From NCBI RefSeq assembly GCF_009914755.1, contig NC_060926.1: a stretch of DNA of 64,000 nt. One strand, 5' to 3'. A program made the position numbers and the translations under genes. Position 1 is the stretch's first letter; the number at the start of each line of letters is the position of its first letter. Below are positions 13,371 through 32,466 of this stretch, in pieces. The stretch is from the human T2T-CHM13v2.0 reference genome, Homo sapiens. Below the pieces are notes generated by a model. The model saw nothing but the letters and a program-made list of their open reading frames with translations. It was not told where the DNA came from and ran no database searches.

Positions 13371-16300
13371 CAATACAAAATATATAAAATGTATGCTCAG
13401 AGATGTTACCATGGTTTATTTAGGGAGCAAAATGTAATTGAGATTGCCTGAATTATTTTACGTTACTGAAAACCTACTGACCCAAGGATCTCATCAAGCA
13501 TAAGAAACCAATATTAAAGGCCACTGGGCTTCTGCGTTTTATTAGCTTTAAAATGGAAAACTAAGTCTGGCTCATATTAGAATACCCAGTGATTGCAGTA
13601 GAACCTCTCCTCACTATCACAATCTTAAAAACATATCAGATGGTACATTTTAACATCTCTTTACTTCAGAAAACAAAAAGCTGCCGCTGGAAATGCCAGA
13701 AAACAGCTGCAGAGATTACACAGGGATTTTAGCTTATTTTATTTTTTGAGAAATAATGAAATGTGAAACAGGATTTCTCTCTAGTTCAAAAAACAGGGAA
13801 AAGAACTCTTACTGCCAAGTTCTTGTCTTCTCAATTATTGTTAGTGGTATCCTGATCATTTCATATAATTAAAGAATAAAAATTGACCCTCTGTGACTTA
13901 AAACTACAACAGTCTAGCACATGGTGATTGCCCATGTTCTAAACATGTATGTTATACATGTACACAGATTGTAAGTATCTATGTTATAAACGTAAAACAA
14001 CGACTATAATAATTATTATTATAATAATCCAGCCAGAGAAACTGCAGACCATAAAACAGTATGGGCTCCCCCTGCTGTTTCTACTGGTAAACTTAACTAA
14101 CATTTCCGGTTGCCAGGGCTTGGTGCCCTGATTTTAAGGCTGATTCATAAACAAAGGGTAAATAAAACAAAATTAAAATACCACTAGGTCAATAAATCAG
14201 CGGTTGAGGGGAAGAGGAGAAATGGGAGTGCCAACGCATTTATTGTAATAAGGAAGCGTGAACATGAAGGTGAGTAGTGCTTGGATTCCAAAAGCTAATG
14301 AGTTTCCAGGGAGCATGAAGGCTGTCCTGCCACTGCATTTAGATTAAGAAGTTTTCCAAGTCTGACTTGCTGTGAAACTTTTCCAAATCTAAAAATCATG
14401 TAATGCCCTTGGGCAAACTGGATATGGTGCTGCCATCTCCAATCTCTGCAAGTGCGACATGTACACCGGCCCCAGCCCAACAGAGCACACTAAGGAGATT
14501 ATTTTGGAGAAACCGTAATGACATTGAACAGGAGGCTAGCTTAACACCTTGCCCAAGTGAGATTCCCAAGCCTCCTCCGTGATGGCTGCTTGGAGTTCTG
14601 TAGGCTAATGAGGGGAACCATCTGTAGTACTTTGCCGGCAGATGTGTCCCCCTCATACTGTGCCAATGTCTCCTGAGGAGAGGGTCTGTCGAGGGTTCCA
14701 GCATCGCTCTGCGAGGGAAGATTGTGCTATTTCACAAGCGTGTAATCTGGAGGCCAAATATTTAATTATTCGCATATACACATTTTAGTATGCCTTGTCT
14801 TTTCAAATGTGAATATCAGAATGAATGTGTGAGTTTCCTTATTTGTAAGTTTGTCTTTATGTTTTCACATTCAGGGACATCGTATGATATCCTATGGTTA
14901 TTTCTTTTGCAAAAATCCTATGCACTATTTCGAATGAAAGGAGGATTTGAATCAAATGAACTACTTATTTGCTGATATCACTATTTCAAAGTCATCAGAG
15001 CAATTGCTAAAGAGAAAAATTATAAATATGTTCAGGTATGTTTCCCTTCCTTCCTTCAAATGTGTTCATTGCCATATAGAGTTACTTTCTAATTCTATAA
15101 TATCAAAAAGTAATAAGAAATCAAATTCAAAAGATAAATCTTAAAATCTTAATGAGTAAATTTCAAATTAAGATGGAATGACATTTCAAAGCATTTACTT
15201 GGTAGCATATGGAAAATTATATAAGGATTATAGTAGGCATCAAAATATTTTAAGGCAACCATTAAACAGTTTTAAAGATAGACCTAATTACAAACTCAGC
15301 ACTTAAAGTAGGTACTTACATACTACAAAGCTGTTTTAAAAGAGTATAAATTATTTTATTTTGCTGTAATTCTCAAAATTTTATGGCAATTCAACTCTAG
15401 CATTCACGTGTTTCAATTAATCCACTGTCATTGATTGAGCCTTACTAAAGTTAATTTGCTTTTTCTAAAACAAAAAAAACAGTAACAATACCCCTTTTCA
15501 GGTACTGATTTGAAACTCTTAATTGTATGAGCTCGGCTTCTATATCAAAAGACAGATAAAAGAGACATAGAGGAGACAAGGTCAACTGAAGATTTTTAAG
15601 ATTTTTAACCAGGGCCTTATTACATATGAAAAGTTATAACATGATTAAAAACAAGGGGGAAATGTCAACATTTTGACTTGGTTGATAACAAGGTTAGGTG
15701 AATTTCTTATATCAAATATGCAGGCTTTAGCAAAAGTTTAAAATATGCTCAAAATAGTAGTCTATGTAAATCTCACACACCAACACCATGACCAGCTATT
15801 TTACTATCTAATGTCTCACATAGACAAGGTTTTAAATGTTATTTCTCCAACAGCATAGTAATATAAATTAGACTGAGGTAAGACTATGACAATTTCTTCC
15901 TTCCTGAAACCTCCTCTTAAATTAGATCTACCTTCCAAAAATATTATTACAAGAGTCTTGGTTCAGATTATCCTTATTCTCTATAACTGACATAAATATA
16001 GATATATGAATGACATTTAAAAAGAAAAGTTCTTCTTTATAACCTTCAGCTTGTTTTCATAATAAATTCCACCGGGAATATTAGTAATAATAATTGATTT
16101 TAGCAATAAGTAATAGAGTTATAAACAGCTCCAGCTGTTTAGTGAAAGAAATGTCTCAGCTTCAGGTTTTATTTATTAGCATTTGAAGTCCCTCCATAAC
16201 CCTAGTAAGATCAGTTATGGCTTAATTAAATGAGAAAGATGGCCTGCCAAAGATTCTTTGTTCTTAAAATAAATACTGTATGTTTTCTGTTTTCCTGCAA

Positions 16301-16960
16301 ATCATCACAGCCTATTTCTATTTGAGAATAGATAGGGCTCCAAACCTACATCTACTTCATACCTCCCAAATAAAGTCTCTTTTGCCTGGAAATTTTGTAT
16401 TTTTTTCATAGTGTACCATCTACAAATACCATCTTAAGAGGTTTCTCCTTTATTAACCATTTGAGAGTTATTCATCTCAGAGTCATACGTGTGAGGAGGT
16501 AACAGAGCCTCTTCACAGTAGAAATATTTGCTACTTAAAAATGAACACAAATTTACACTTACAACATGTCCTCAGTGCTGTGTTTGTGATGAAGTTCCAT
16601 AGTTATTACGTGTCCTAAGTATATGTTCAACCATATCTACAAATGAAAAACAAAACGCTAAAGATTCACTGGCAAAAGATTGAGCTGCTCCATCAACATG
16701 GCAGGAATATTTCAAATAAATGATCTCTTCTCAAATCCTTTGGAGAAATGATTGCATTTGTCTGGCCTTTCCTCTCCCTGCCCCTGCCCACCGTTTTTCT
16801 CTACTTTCATCTATAATCTCGTCTGCTCCTCTCTGGCCACACTGCAATGATTCCCCCATTATGCTGATGGAAAAAAAAAATGAGGAGGATGAGGGATAAG
16901 GGGACGCGAGAAGACCGACGCCTTCCCAGATTTGAGAGCGACAGGGCGGCTCCCCTCTCC

Positions 16961-16979
16961 TACCACTAGCTGGCGCCAG
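16961..16979 (+). promoter_or_regulatory. CTCF-like motif in a CpG-containing patch
   Basis: CCACTAGCTGGCGC at 16963-16976 has one mismatch to the core; CRE/CEBP-like TTGCGTCA at about 17003-17010. Confidence 0.55.
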
Positions 16980-19267
16980 AGCCCTAAAGATGCAGTGATA
17001 TATTGCGTCATCTCTTACTAATTAACAAAGCTGTTTTCAAACTGATCGTAGTTATTCAAGGGAAACATGAAATAATTTTGACTATGAACATGTAGTAAAG
17101 CAGCAGCATCGAGGGTGATATCCCGATGAAAATAACTCCATTTTATGCCTTCAAGCTTTTGTCTTAAAAAAAAAAAGGCAGAAAAAAGAAAAAGAAATGC
17201 ATCCTTAAATGATTCGTGGGTTTTTATTTTACCCAAATAATAAACCAAAGGGAAGTCTTTTTATCCTCTACAAACTATTCACTATATATATAAAACTGTA
17301 AAACTTTCCAGTTATATAATGCTCTGTTAACCTAAATAAAGTGCCTTTTTTATTATGCTTTTAGTCTAAGACAGAAATGCCCGACACATCAGGGTCACAG
17401 GGAAAGCTACTTTACTGCTTCAGCTCCTAATTCACTCACACACTCCTTCCTCCTAACCAGCTTCAGCTTTCTTCTTCCGACCACAGACTCTCCAAGATTT
17501 TGCTTTTCTCATCCTATCCTTCCCTCTTCTTGTACAAGCGAACACTGTCCTTCCAGACTCTTCCATGGCTGCAGAAGCTGTAGGGAGGAGCCCTCGGCCA
17601 GCCAGACAAAATGCACGTAATATTGCTCACTTTAGGAAAAGATGGCTCCTGGACAAACGAGCAGCAAACAGTGCGTTTGGTTTGACGACATGAATTATCA
17701 TTATGCAAGTAAGACAGACTTTAGGTCTGGCTAGAATAAAATCTAAGGTGAAAAATTCAAGCACTGTATGTGCTGCCATAGAAAATGTTATTTTTCATTT
17801 GGGAAATTTTCCTACACATGTAGCACATTTTTATCATTAGAAAAATGAAAGACTCTGATTATTTTGGCAAGAGAAAGTACATTCAAACTTCAGTGAAATA
17901 CTATAATTTTTTTAAAGAAATACTTTATAGTTTGACTTGTGAATATATTAAATGGCTGGGAATACTCATTCAAATCACATGCCCTATTACCCACCCCATG
18001 CCCTCATTTCCTCTGGGAGCTGCGGAGGTCTGGCACTTGGAAAAAGAGGAAAAGAAGGAACGGGCTTCTCTGAGCCTTCTTCTGGCTTTCATAGGCAGAA
18101 AAATATCAAGCTTTCTTTTCTTCACCCTTACCCTAATTCCTCAAAGAAAGAATGCTAAGCTTTATCTTGGGTGGACTTCCTTTACCCTACACTAAAAATA
18201 AGATTGAAACTTGTTTTCTCCCTGTATCAGCCAGATTTCTACATGTGGTTTGTCAAAGGCTGCTCCTGAACTGGTTTTCCCACAGGATATCAGTGAATCA
18301 TTACCCTTTAATCTCCAAATAAGATCCCAGAAATGAACAAGAGCAGAAAGTGATCTGGAATGCAAATCAATGTTTGTTTTGATGGCCTTTTGGTTTTCTA
18401 GTTGAAATCTCCCTTAGAAATTCTTTTATTATGGCACCTGGGTGACTTTGGTCTGGGAGAGAACATTCAGAAAGTGAAAATGAAGTTTGAGGAAGTCAAA
18501 AATGCTGCATAGCAAATGACGCAGAAGCTCAATGTGTCTGCATTGTAAAGAAAGGTCAGGTTTAATCCTTTGTTATCAGTCGTAATTTTGCTGGTCCCTT
18601 TCAGGAGACATCATGACAGGGAAACTACATTAACCACAATTTGGTATGCCCTAATCTTCATGCTAACTACAGTTTTCTTTTGTTACTTACTGGCCTTGAC
18701 CTTTAGATGGACGGCATCAGGTGCTACTGAAACCAGCAGATCTCTCTCTAAAGCCTAGTGCAGGCCTGAGTCATATGCAGTTTAATTCATATTCCACTCA
18801 ACATGCCCGTTTTATTTCCAGTGGAAATTGCTCATTTAATTGCACTGTACGTTTTATGGGGTATGCCCCAGGCTGCGTTCTTTATGCTAGGCATTTCAGT
18901 ATTTATGGGCATAGCTATACCCAAAACTTCAAACATAAAAGTAAAACCAGCAAAATATGCTCTCCTCCAGTTCCATAAATGCTTTTCACCAGTTTCATTA
19001 TTTTTTCCAATGAGATTAAATGGGTGTGTTAAACCTGTAACATAGACTATTACTTGGTGTTTCCAGAGCTTCTTTTGTCCTTCATATTCAAATCCAATAC
19101 AGCCCCTTTTTCCTGCTTCTGAATGAGACTGCAAAGAGCAAGTATGGTCCTTCTGTGTATGGTCTAGCGCCCAGGAACAATAAAGACTTCCTCTGTTGGT
19201 AGCCTATAGAATTTTTATCTGTGAGAATAACCTGTAAAAGGTTTTGGTGTTTTTTGTTTTTTAATGA

Positions 19268-19741
<474 letters not shown>

Positions 19742-20444
19742 TCAGAAGGCATTCCCATACTACCCAAATGCAGAAAGGGCTCTACTATGTTTTACTAAAC
19801 CTATGACTGTTTTTATCTGCTGTTATCCATCCCACTATATGAAATATACGAAAGCATGTTTCCAGGAAATTCCAGAGTTTTAGACAAACGCTTCTTGATA
19901 AAAGCCATTAATGGCTTTTTAGACAGTTTAAGTAGAATGGTACAAACAGAAGCCTCATCACAGGGGTTTCAGAAAAGGAAAACAAAAAGACAATAGGTAT
20001 AGAACGACTCATTTGTCTATAGATTTGGAAAATGTCATAGGGTCGAGTGAAGATATTTGCCAAATTGAAGGAGGTAAGGACATATTTAGAGCCTCTGGGA
20101 AAGATGACAGATCTCAAGGACTAAGATTTGAATGCCGGAACAAAGCAGAATAGAAAAAGACTAGAGTTGTGTTTTCAAAAGAATAGGGAATATTTCGTAG
20201 ACTTAGAAGGAGCTAGAGGTGGTAGCCTGAACTTTAGGAATAGGAATTCTTAGTGATTTGCCTGCAGTGTAGTAGATGTCAATGACTGAAGGATGACTGA
20301 GGATCTTAAGAAAGATGTGGCTTCTTCTTTCTCAGAAAAGCCGCAGGGAGTGACCCCTGCAAATCCTTCCGAGTATAAGGTGTACACCCAGTGACAGCCT
20401 TCCTCACAGGACATAGTTATCACAGCATTGATGTGATCATTCCT

Positions 20445-21420
20445 CTCTTAATTAGGATTCAGTGCAGATGCAATTGGCTGAAAACCCAAAATAACAGTGG
20501 CTTAGGTAAGATAGAAATTATAGTCATTATTGGGATTATCCACACATTCTGGTTCTCCTGCTTTTAGGGCAAATAGACTACTTGCCTACCTTTTTGAAGT
20601 TAGATATGGTATGTGACTTGCATTAGTCAGCAAAATGGCATGTGTTATTTTCAGTTCCAAGCCTTATCAGTATACAATTCACTACATTCCTTTTGTCTTT
20701 GTCAGCAATGGTGGAAGCATTGGTTGACATGGACACTGTCAGCCTGGCTTTCTGAGTACCCACAATGAGCAGAGTCCCCCTGCTGACCAGCAATGGACAT
20801 GTGGTGTGATCAAGAATAAACTTGCGCTGGGCATGGTGGCTCACGCCTGTAATCCCAGCACTTTGGGAGTCCAAGGCAGGCAGATCACAAGGTCAGGAGT
20901 TCGAGACCGGCCTAACCAACATGATGAAACCCCATCTCTACTAAATATACAAAAATTAGCCAGGTGTGGTGGCGCGTGCCTGTAATCCCAGCTACTCAGG
21001 AGGCTGAGGCAGGAGAATCACTTGGAGGAGGTTGCAGTGAGCTGAGATCACACTACTGCACTCCAGCCTGGGCAGCAGAGTGAGACTCCATCTCAAAAAA
21101 AAAAATAGAATAAACTTGTTGTTTTGAGTCACGGGTTAAATTTCTTTCTCACACAAAAGTCTGAGTGGTGGGGCTAGGACTGATACAGTGATTCATGGTT
21201 TGAGGGACCCAAGGTCCTCTGTCTTGCTGTTCAGCTGTGCTTGGCATGCTCATGCTTCATGGTTACAGCACTCAAGCTTTAAGCAGCAGGAAGCAGGAAG
21301 GCATGGAGAGGCAAAGGGTGTGCTGCACGTCAAGGAAGGCTCCCAGAAGCTCTCTTCCACTTGGAAACCTTTGGCCAGAACTTGGTCCCATGGCTGCACC
21401 TATAGTTGCAAGGGAAAGGG
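20445..21420. mobile_element. Old MaLR (MLT1) LTR fragments interrupted by an Alu
   Basis: MLT1-like text (aaaacccaaaataacagtggctta; ccagcaatggacatgtggtgtgatcaagaataaactt; ttggccagaacttggtcccatggctgcacc). Confidence 0.55.
20826..21105 (+). mobile_element. Alu (AluS)
   Basis: Alu consensus; TSD agaataaacttg. Confidence 0.9.
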
Positions 21421-23164
21421 AATCAACGAAGACTGGGTGAGGCCAGCCAAAAATTGTGGGTTATTTGACCACATAAAGGGACCCGGAGGACTGCATTCTG
21501 CCTTAACTCTCAAGAACTCCTTGTATAAATGTGGAGATGATAGGATTGCACTGTCCCTCCCCATTTTTCATAAAAATAAAGAAGTAGTGAGAATATTGAT
21601 CAATGTGGATGATGAGAGATTGAGGCCACCCTAACTAATTTAGTTGTTGGAAGGGGGATTTTTTTCTTCCCCAACACCTCCGTTGGTAAGAGATTATAAG
21701 ACAACCATCTTCATTATGACCTTCAACAAGATTTGAAATGGACTCTTTGTAGTCATTTCATGTACTTGCTCATCTGGCTACTTTTAAAGAAACAAATTCA
21801 AATTTCTATTATCTGCTATGATATATCATTAACAGCCCCCAAAATACAAGATACAGAGATAATAGAACGGCTGACATAATCACATTTAAGTGAGTTTGGC
21901 TGTACATTCATTGTTTCTTGCAAAGACCAGAGCTACAGAAAAATAGATCAATGTGATTAAGTCTAACATTGGGGAATTGTTTCTCCATTGTGTCTGAGCT
22001 GAGGCTGGCAGCAGGAATTAGTGCTGCTACCTTTAAAGGGTAGACCACGATTGATCTGGTTCCCAAGGCAGTCATTGAACAGACGTGGTGAAACTGGTCA
22101 CAGCAGAGCTACATTACACGCAGGAAGTGCCCTACTGTTAAAAGAGTGTGCCCAGTTCAAAGCAAAGTGAAAAGCTTTTTGTTTGTTTTAGTTTCACATC
22201 TAAGTTCATTTTTGGTCACCATTCCTTAAATAGAATTTTTTTTCATCATCAAGCATGGGTCTTAAGCATTTTTGGTGAGCACTACACATAGACCAGGAAG
22301 GAAATAGAATCCGACACGCCAAGGACTTATGGCCCAAGATGTGGAGAGGAGAAAGGCTGACCGCTGAGTATATGGCAACTTTTGTACCAAAATTTACCAT
22401 TAAAAATGCAAATCAAAAGAGAACCTGAGGCAGGCAGTGGCACAGTGGCACTGTGCTCTCCCTCTCTTTTCCTGGACCTCTGCAATACTTCTTTGCCTGC
22501 TTCCTCCCTTTATTTGTATAGTGGAAAATCTGTTGTCCATTGCTGGAGTTCAAGCATGCCTGGGCATGTTTGTCAAACTGGCAGGGCAGGCCTTGCAGAG
22601 GCCTCGAGGGGCCCTTGACAATGGACTCAGACTGGGTGTGCTACTTAAACATATCCAGACAAGTCAGGCAAATGAGTAGGGAGTGGAGGAACAGGGTATG
22701 TGTGAGATGTGGAAAAGTGTCCCAACAAAAAAAAAAATCACTCTTGGGGAAGAGGGAGAACCTCAGCTGCATGACATGAGGACTGATTTATTTTCACCTT
22801 TCAAAATCATTCTTTTTTTTTTTTTTTCAGTCCTAGGAAATTGGGTCAGAATCTGCGTATCTAATGGGATCGTTACTGTTACACTTGTAAGATTTGGAAT
22901 CCGTTCAAAAAACAAGCCAGAAACAAGCCTTTGTATACGTTAGGAAAAGATGCCCTGCATTAGAGCCCGGCCAAGGGAGAGATGGGGGCAGGTAACTGCA
23001 GTCCAAAACTGAGCAGCCACTCCTAGAAGCTCTGCTTGAAATTCATGCTGTTAAGACAAGCGACCAAAAGTATTTAACTCCTGCATTGACCTAGGCACCT
23101 CTCCTCCCAGCAGTTACCTGGGAAAGATACTCAGAATCAATGAGAAATGGGAAATCAAAGAACC

Positions 23165-24718
<1,554 letters not shown>

Positions 24719-25592
24719 GAACCATACACCTAAAATCCCAATACAGAGATCTCTGGCTAATAGGCCAAAGTACACAATTTATACTCTAAAGGGGTTCTCT
24801 CCCTCCCCTTAAGCCCAAGCCCAGTTTTGGCATCTTCCTACACCAGTTAGCCTCTTGGGATAAGAGAAGAAAGTAAAAAATAGCTATATTGTGACCTGAA
24901 ATCTGACCTGGCAAAGCCTGATAAAGGAGCTGGGAAGGGTGGGGTGGTGACCTAAGGAAGAGTGATTTAATGATTAAATCACCAACACTTTATTATAACA
25001 TAGTTGATGGTGAGTTCTCAAAATGCAATTTTAGGGAGCCACTACACTAAGCAGGTGAAGAAAATATCAGAAAACCAAAAGTAATGTGGGATAAGTCAAT
25101 ACAGTATTCCAATACCAGAACCCAAAAGGAACAAAAATGTTAGCAAGAACTTAAATATTGACCTTGCTCTCTGGTCCATAAAATATAGAGGAGTAGCATT
25201 TTTTCTGGAACAAATCCATTTCTATAATTACTTAACTGACTAATCCAATACGGCTAAATTTACTAAACTCCAAGTTTACAACCAAGAGTTTTTCTTTCTT
25301 CTGAGGTATCTTAGAACATTTTAAAGTACTTTAAACTGTCATTTTATATAGTTATTAGAATGCTAGTGGTATGTAATGTAATAGTTTTAGTTTATGTAGT
25401 ATATGTAATGCTATAGTTTTAATAAATAATAAAATTAATGCAGTCTCTTAAATAGTGATGTAAAATGATTCATTGTTCTTCAAATTATAATATTCACTAT
25501 GTATGTTAACTTGGAAAAAAGGAAAATATCCAACTGGGAAATGGTTTTCAAACTTTTTTGTATCCATAAAACCTTTTTCAAAAACTATGCTT

Positions 25593-25902
25593 GGCTGGGT
25601 GTGGTGTCTCGTGTTTGTAATCCCAGCACTTTGGGAGGCCAAGAGGGTGGATCACTTGAGGTCAGGAGTACGAGACCAGCCTGGCCAACATGGTGAAACC
25701 CCATCTCTACCAAAAATACAAAAATTAGCCTGGCGTGGTGGCATATGCCTGTAATCCCAGATACTCAGGAGGCTGAGGCAGGAGAATCACTTGAACCCAG
25801 GAGGCGGAGGTTGCAGTGAGCTGAGATTGCTCACTGATGAACTGCCACTGCACTCCAGCCTGGGCAACAGAGTGAGATTCCGTCTCAAAAAAAAAAAAAA
25901 AA
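25593..25902 (+). mobile_element. Alu (AluS)
   Basis: Alu consensus; TSD aaaa(a/g)ctatgctt; small internal insertion near 25830. Confidence 0.92.
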
Positions 25903-27322
25903 GCTATGCTTTACACAGACATTCCCTAGAAATACAAATAAAAGCAATAAAAGCAGATCTGGTAATAATTCCCTAGAAATAATAATTCCCTAGAAATACA
26001 AATAAAAGCATCAGTTTTGCTGGTAAATGTTTAACAAGGAGCTCTCTAAGAGAAATGGATTTGGAAGTTTGCTGCTTTCTATGGTGTAAATGCTCCCACC
26101 ATGACCATTACACAGTGCAGAGTCAGGAAAGGAAGCATACATTCTAGTATTGTAAGTGGCACACCTCCACGCAGACCAGCACCCTCAGAACTCTTTCCCC
26201 CTGCTATCTTAATGCCCCAAGGGGCACAGTTTGAAAACTCATTGTAAGATAACTTTGTGCAGGGTATCTCTTTGATGGTTATCTCTAAAATTGATAAATT
26301 GCTGCTTATCGATAGTTGGAAATACTGTTTTCCTAGTCTTATGATTTTAATGAAGATCTTATAAAATACACAGTAGGAATTTAGTACACCAATAGAAGAT
26401 TTTTCATGCTCATTTAAATAACCTTTTGACCTTCATGCCATGACATTCCCAATATATACTTTAGACATATTTTTTCCTCAAATTTAATGTTGTATGGAAT
26501 TCTAAAAAGGGCACATAAACTAATTCTTAGAAATTTGCTTTTAAAATTATATAGGGGCACACAGACATCTTAGTCCCTACCCTCTTCCTCTGTCTCCTTT
26601 TCCTTCTTTTTCTCTCATCTTTCTCCCTCCCTTTCCTTCACTGTCTCTCTCTGAAAGTTATAATAAATTTGGAGAAGTTCAGCCTTGTTGAACGAGGAAG
26701 CAGAGTGAATTTCAAGCCTTTATCATTCCCAGCCTTAGAATTGAAAGATACGGGCCTTTTGACTTGGGGGAGTCTAGAGAGAAGGCCAGAAGCAAGTGAC
26801 CCTCCTTCTACTGTTTGTGTCTGAGAAAGCCCAGGGAGTCGGAATGGTCTGCTACGGTCACATGACAGACAAATGCCCAGTCTGAGAATGCTGAGGAAAA
26901 GCATGACAGTCACATATGGGAATAATCCTCAAAAGGATAAAAGGAGGAACTGATTAGGAAACCCAGTTTTTGCCACTTCTTGGCAATAGCTATGTTTTTT
27001 TTCCCTCCTTTTACGTGTTTGCTCTCTTGTTAGCAAATAACCACTCTGTTGGGGTTTTTTTTTCTTCTTTTCAGGACTCTCTGTAGCCAACTTCTTGGGT
27101 TTTGGGTTTTGTTTTTGTTTTTGTTTGTAATATTATAGATTATGCTCTCAGGGAATTGGAAATAAACATTTCCTCACACATGCTATGAATCAACGGTGAA
27201 ATACTTGCAGGTCAGATTGAGCTAACCAAGCTAACCAAAGGTGGGAAGCCCAAACTGCAGTTAAGAGCAGAGCCCTAGGCTGTCCTTCCTAGCCTGCAGC
27301 CCCAGGCTGCCCTCAGTTTACA

Positions 27323-27358
27323 GTTTGTTTGTTTGTTTGTTTGTTTGTTTGTTTGTTT
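27323..27358. repeat. (TTTG)n microsatellite
   Basis: About 8 gttt units. Confidence 0.9.
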
Positions 27359-27392
27359 TTGTGAAAGCAAGGAGCCAAATGATCTATTCTCA

Positions 27393-27715
<323 letters not shown>

Positions 27716-28209
27716 CAATACCACACCCTGCCTTCACCAAGCAGGGACTTATCTGAGACTGTGCCCTCTGCCTGGGGGGCAGGTAGTGGCTCTAGGAAGA
27801 GAAAGCAGACAAGGGAGGAAGCGGAATGTGTCTTCTGAATCAGGCTGGGTATATTGAGGACTTGGGGAGAGGGGCTTCTAAAGGGCTAAAGACTTTCAAC
27901 AGGAACCATAGGAGAGGTTCTAGAATGTGCTAATTTAGGAAAGGAGGGTTCCAACAAGGAGCAAACATAGGAGAGGACAGAAAGCAATTCCAGTTACTAG
28001 AGCCCAAGATATGCCGGTGATGTGCCAGTCAGGTGGCTGGGGAAAGAGCAGTGTCAATACTGGAAAGGAAATCTGGTGCACTAGAGCACTCAGGCAAAAG
28101 CCCACTTAACCAGGAACAAAAGAGCCAAAAGAGCCAATTCATCCTAAACCTGGGAATAGAAGAATGCCACAATAACCAGCAGGGGAGACTAAGGGGACAG
28201 GCTGGAAGA

Positions 28210-28390
28210 GCTAACATTCACACCATGTGCCAGGTATGATTCTAAACACTTTCATGTGTTCGCTTGTTTAACCACCAGCAACAGCTCTGTGCCATGGAGG
28301 TTATTAGCATCCCCTTTTACAGAAGAAAAAACTGAGAAACCAAGCACATACAGCTGGTAAGTAACGTAGTCTGGGTGCAAAACCACGAAG
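28210..28390 (-). mobile_element. MIR SINE
   Basis: catgtgccaggtatgattctaaacactt...attagcatccccttttacagaagaaaaaactgag. Confidence 0.7.
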
Positions 28391-28760
28391 CTCATGAGCT
28401 TAAGAAGCATCCTATCACATAACCCAAAGAAGCAGCATACAGACCAAAACTGGGAAGAACAAGTTAATGTTTCCTAGTGAGTAACATGAAATTGTATTCT
28501 TACAATTTACCTCATCCATCAGTATATTGTGCTCTGAGATTCTTTCATATATAGCAAAGGCATTTGTTCACACGACAGATTCTGAGCACAATGTACAACA
28601 ACCAACATATACATTGATTTGGCAAATACTTACTGGTCACCTCCCTCTTCCAGGCCTTAGGCTAGATGATAGGAATTCCTGGAATTTACAGTTAAGTGCA
28701 AGAACTTCATGGTCACAAATTATTACTGGAGAACGCAAAATAAATAAAAGCCCTCAAGTT

Positions 28761-28924
28761 TTAGCCAGGTGTGGTGGTGCACACCTGCAGTTCCAGCTAC
28801 TTGGGAGACAGAGGCACAAGAATCGCTTGAACCCAGGAGGTGAAGGATGCAATAAGCCAAGATTTCGCCACTGCACTGCAGCCTAGGTGGACAGAGTGAG
28901 ACCCTGCCTCAAAACAAAACAAAA
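28761..28924 (+). mobile_element. Alu right monomer (FRAM-like)
   Basis: ttagccaggtgtggtggtgcacacc...(CAAAA) tail. Confidence 0.8.
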
Positions 28925-29389
28925 CCTCAGGTTTAAAAAAAAATACATTGACTTTAATTTTAAACACTATCTATTACTGATTACTCATCATGTACCAAAA
29001 ACTTCACAGGTAATTGCAATGTTGCTATAATAACCCTGCACCTATTTTAAGATGAAGAAAAGTAGGCACTGAAAAGTTAAAAAAATTAGCTGTAGTCAGA
29101 GTAAATAAGTGGCAGAGATTTAAATCTAGATCCTTCTGATAGGAAAGTTCATGCTCCCTTGTGGCTCTACACTGAAATACAGAAATCCTGTAAAAAGGAT
29201 GAAAGTCAGTGATAGTGAACTAAAGCTCCATGGACTTTCTAAATCATAATCACAATTTTTCTTGTAGTTAGAATATGTGAATTTTTACAAAAAGTCCATA
29301 TGTGTATTGGGCAGGGAGTGGATTTGGGAGCAGGGCCATGTTGGATCAAAGGCCTGCTAGTTCTGAAGTAGTCTTTATAGAAAATACGT

Positions 29390-29876
<487 letters not shown>

Positions 29877-29895
29877 TTAATGATAAAAAAATATT

Positions 29896-30722
<827 letters not shown>

Positions 30723-30942
30723 CATATATATAAATATATATATTATATATATTATATATAATATATAATATATATAAAATATATATTATATATATAAAGG
30801 ATATATATAATATATATATAAAGGATATATATATAATATATATATAAAGGATATATATAATATATATAAAGGATATATATATAATATATATAAAGGATAT
30901 ATATATAATATATATATAAAGGATATATATAATATATATAAA

Positions 30943-30990
<48 letters not shown>
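30723..30990. repeat. AT-rich VNTR/(TA)n at the position of the pseudogene poly(A) tail
   Basis: Seven units of about 22-26 bp, (TA)n-ATAT..-AAAGGA, then pure (AT)n. Confidence 0.93.
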
Positions 30991-30993
<3 letters not shown>

Positions 30994-31340
30994 CTTTAAA
31001 TTGCTCCTTTTTTGAGGGTGTTTAAAGGTAAAGGCATTCTCAGGGAAGACTTAAGGTATGATGGAGACCTTTACCTAATTCCTCACCTAGTGTTGGGGGT
31101 GGGATGAAGTCCACTTAGTAAAGCCCTTAACTTTATTTGCATTTCTGTTAGAAAGCTCCCTCCCAGGTGGCAAACTGATCTCAATATTCTCTTCCCTTAC
31201 AGGCTGGTGAAAAAGCCTGGGGCAGTTTGAGTCATGGATCCCCCATTTTGATTCCTGTTTTGGTGGAAATACAAAGTAACCTAAGGCAGGTAAAGGTAGC
31301 ACTTTCTCCAGAACTATCCTCAAAATTGATGTTTTGTCTC

Positions 31341-31343
<3 letters not shown>

Positions 31344-31376
<33 letters not shown>
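31344..31376. repeat. (CA)n microsatellite
   Basis: About 16 CA units. Confidence 0.95.
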
Positions 31377-31377
<1 letters not shown>

Positions 31378-31399
31378 CCACGATCCAGTAGATATGTGT

Positions 31400-32466
<1,067 letters not shown>

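Noticed and set aside
21188-21634. 148-aa ORF
   Set aside because: GTG start, overlaps a degenerate MLT1 LTR, no recognisable domain.
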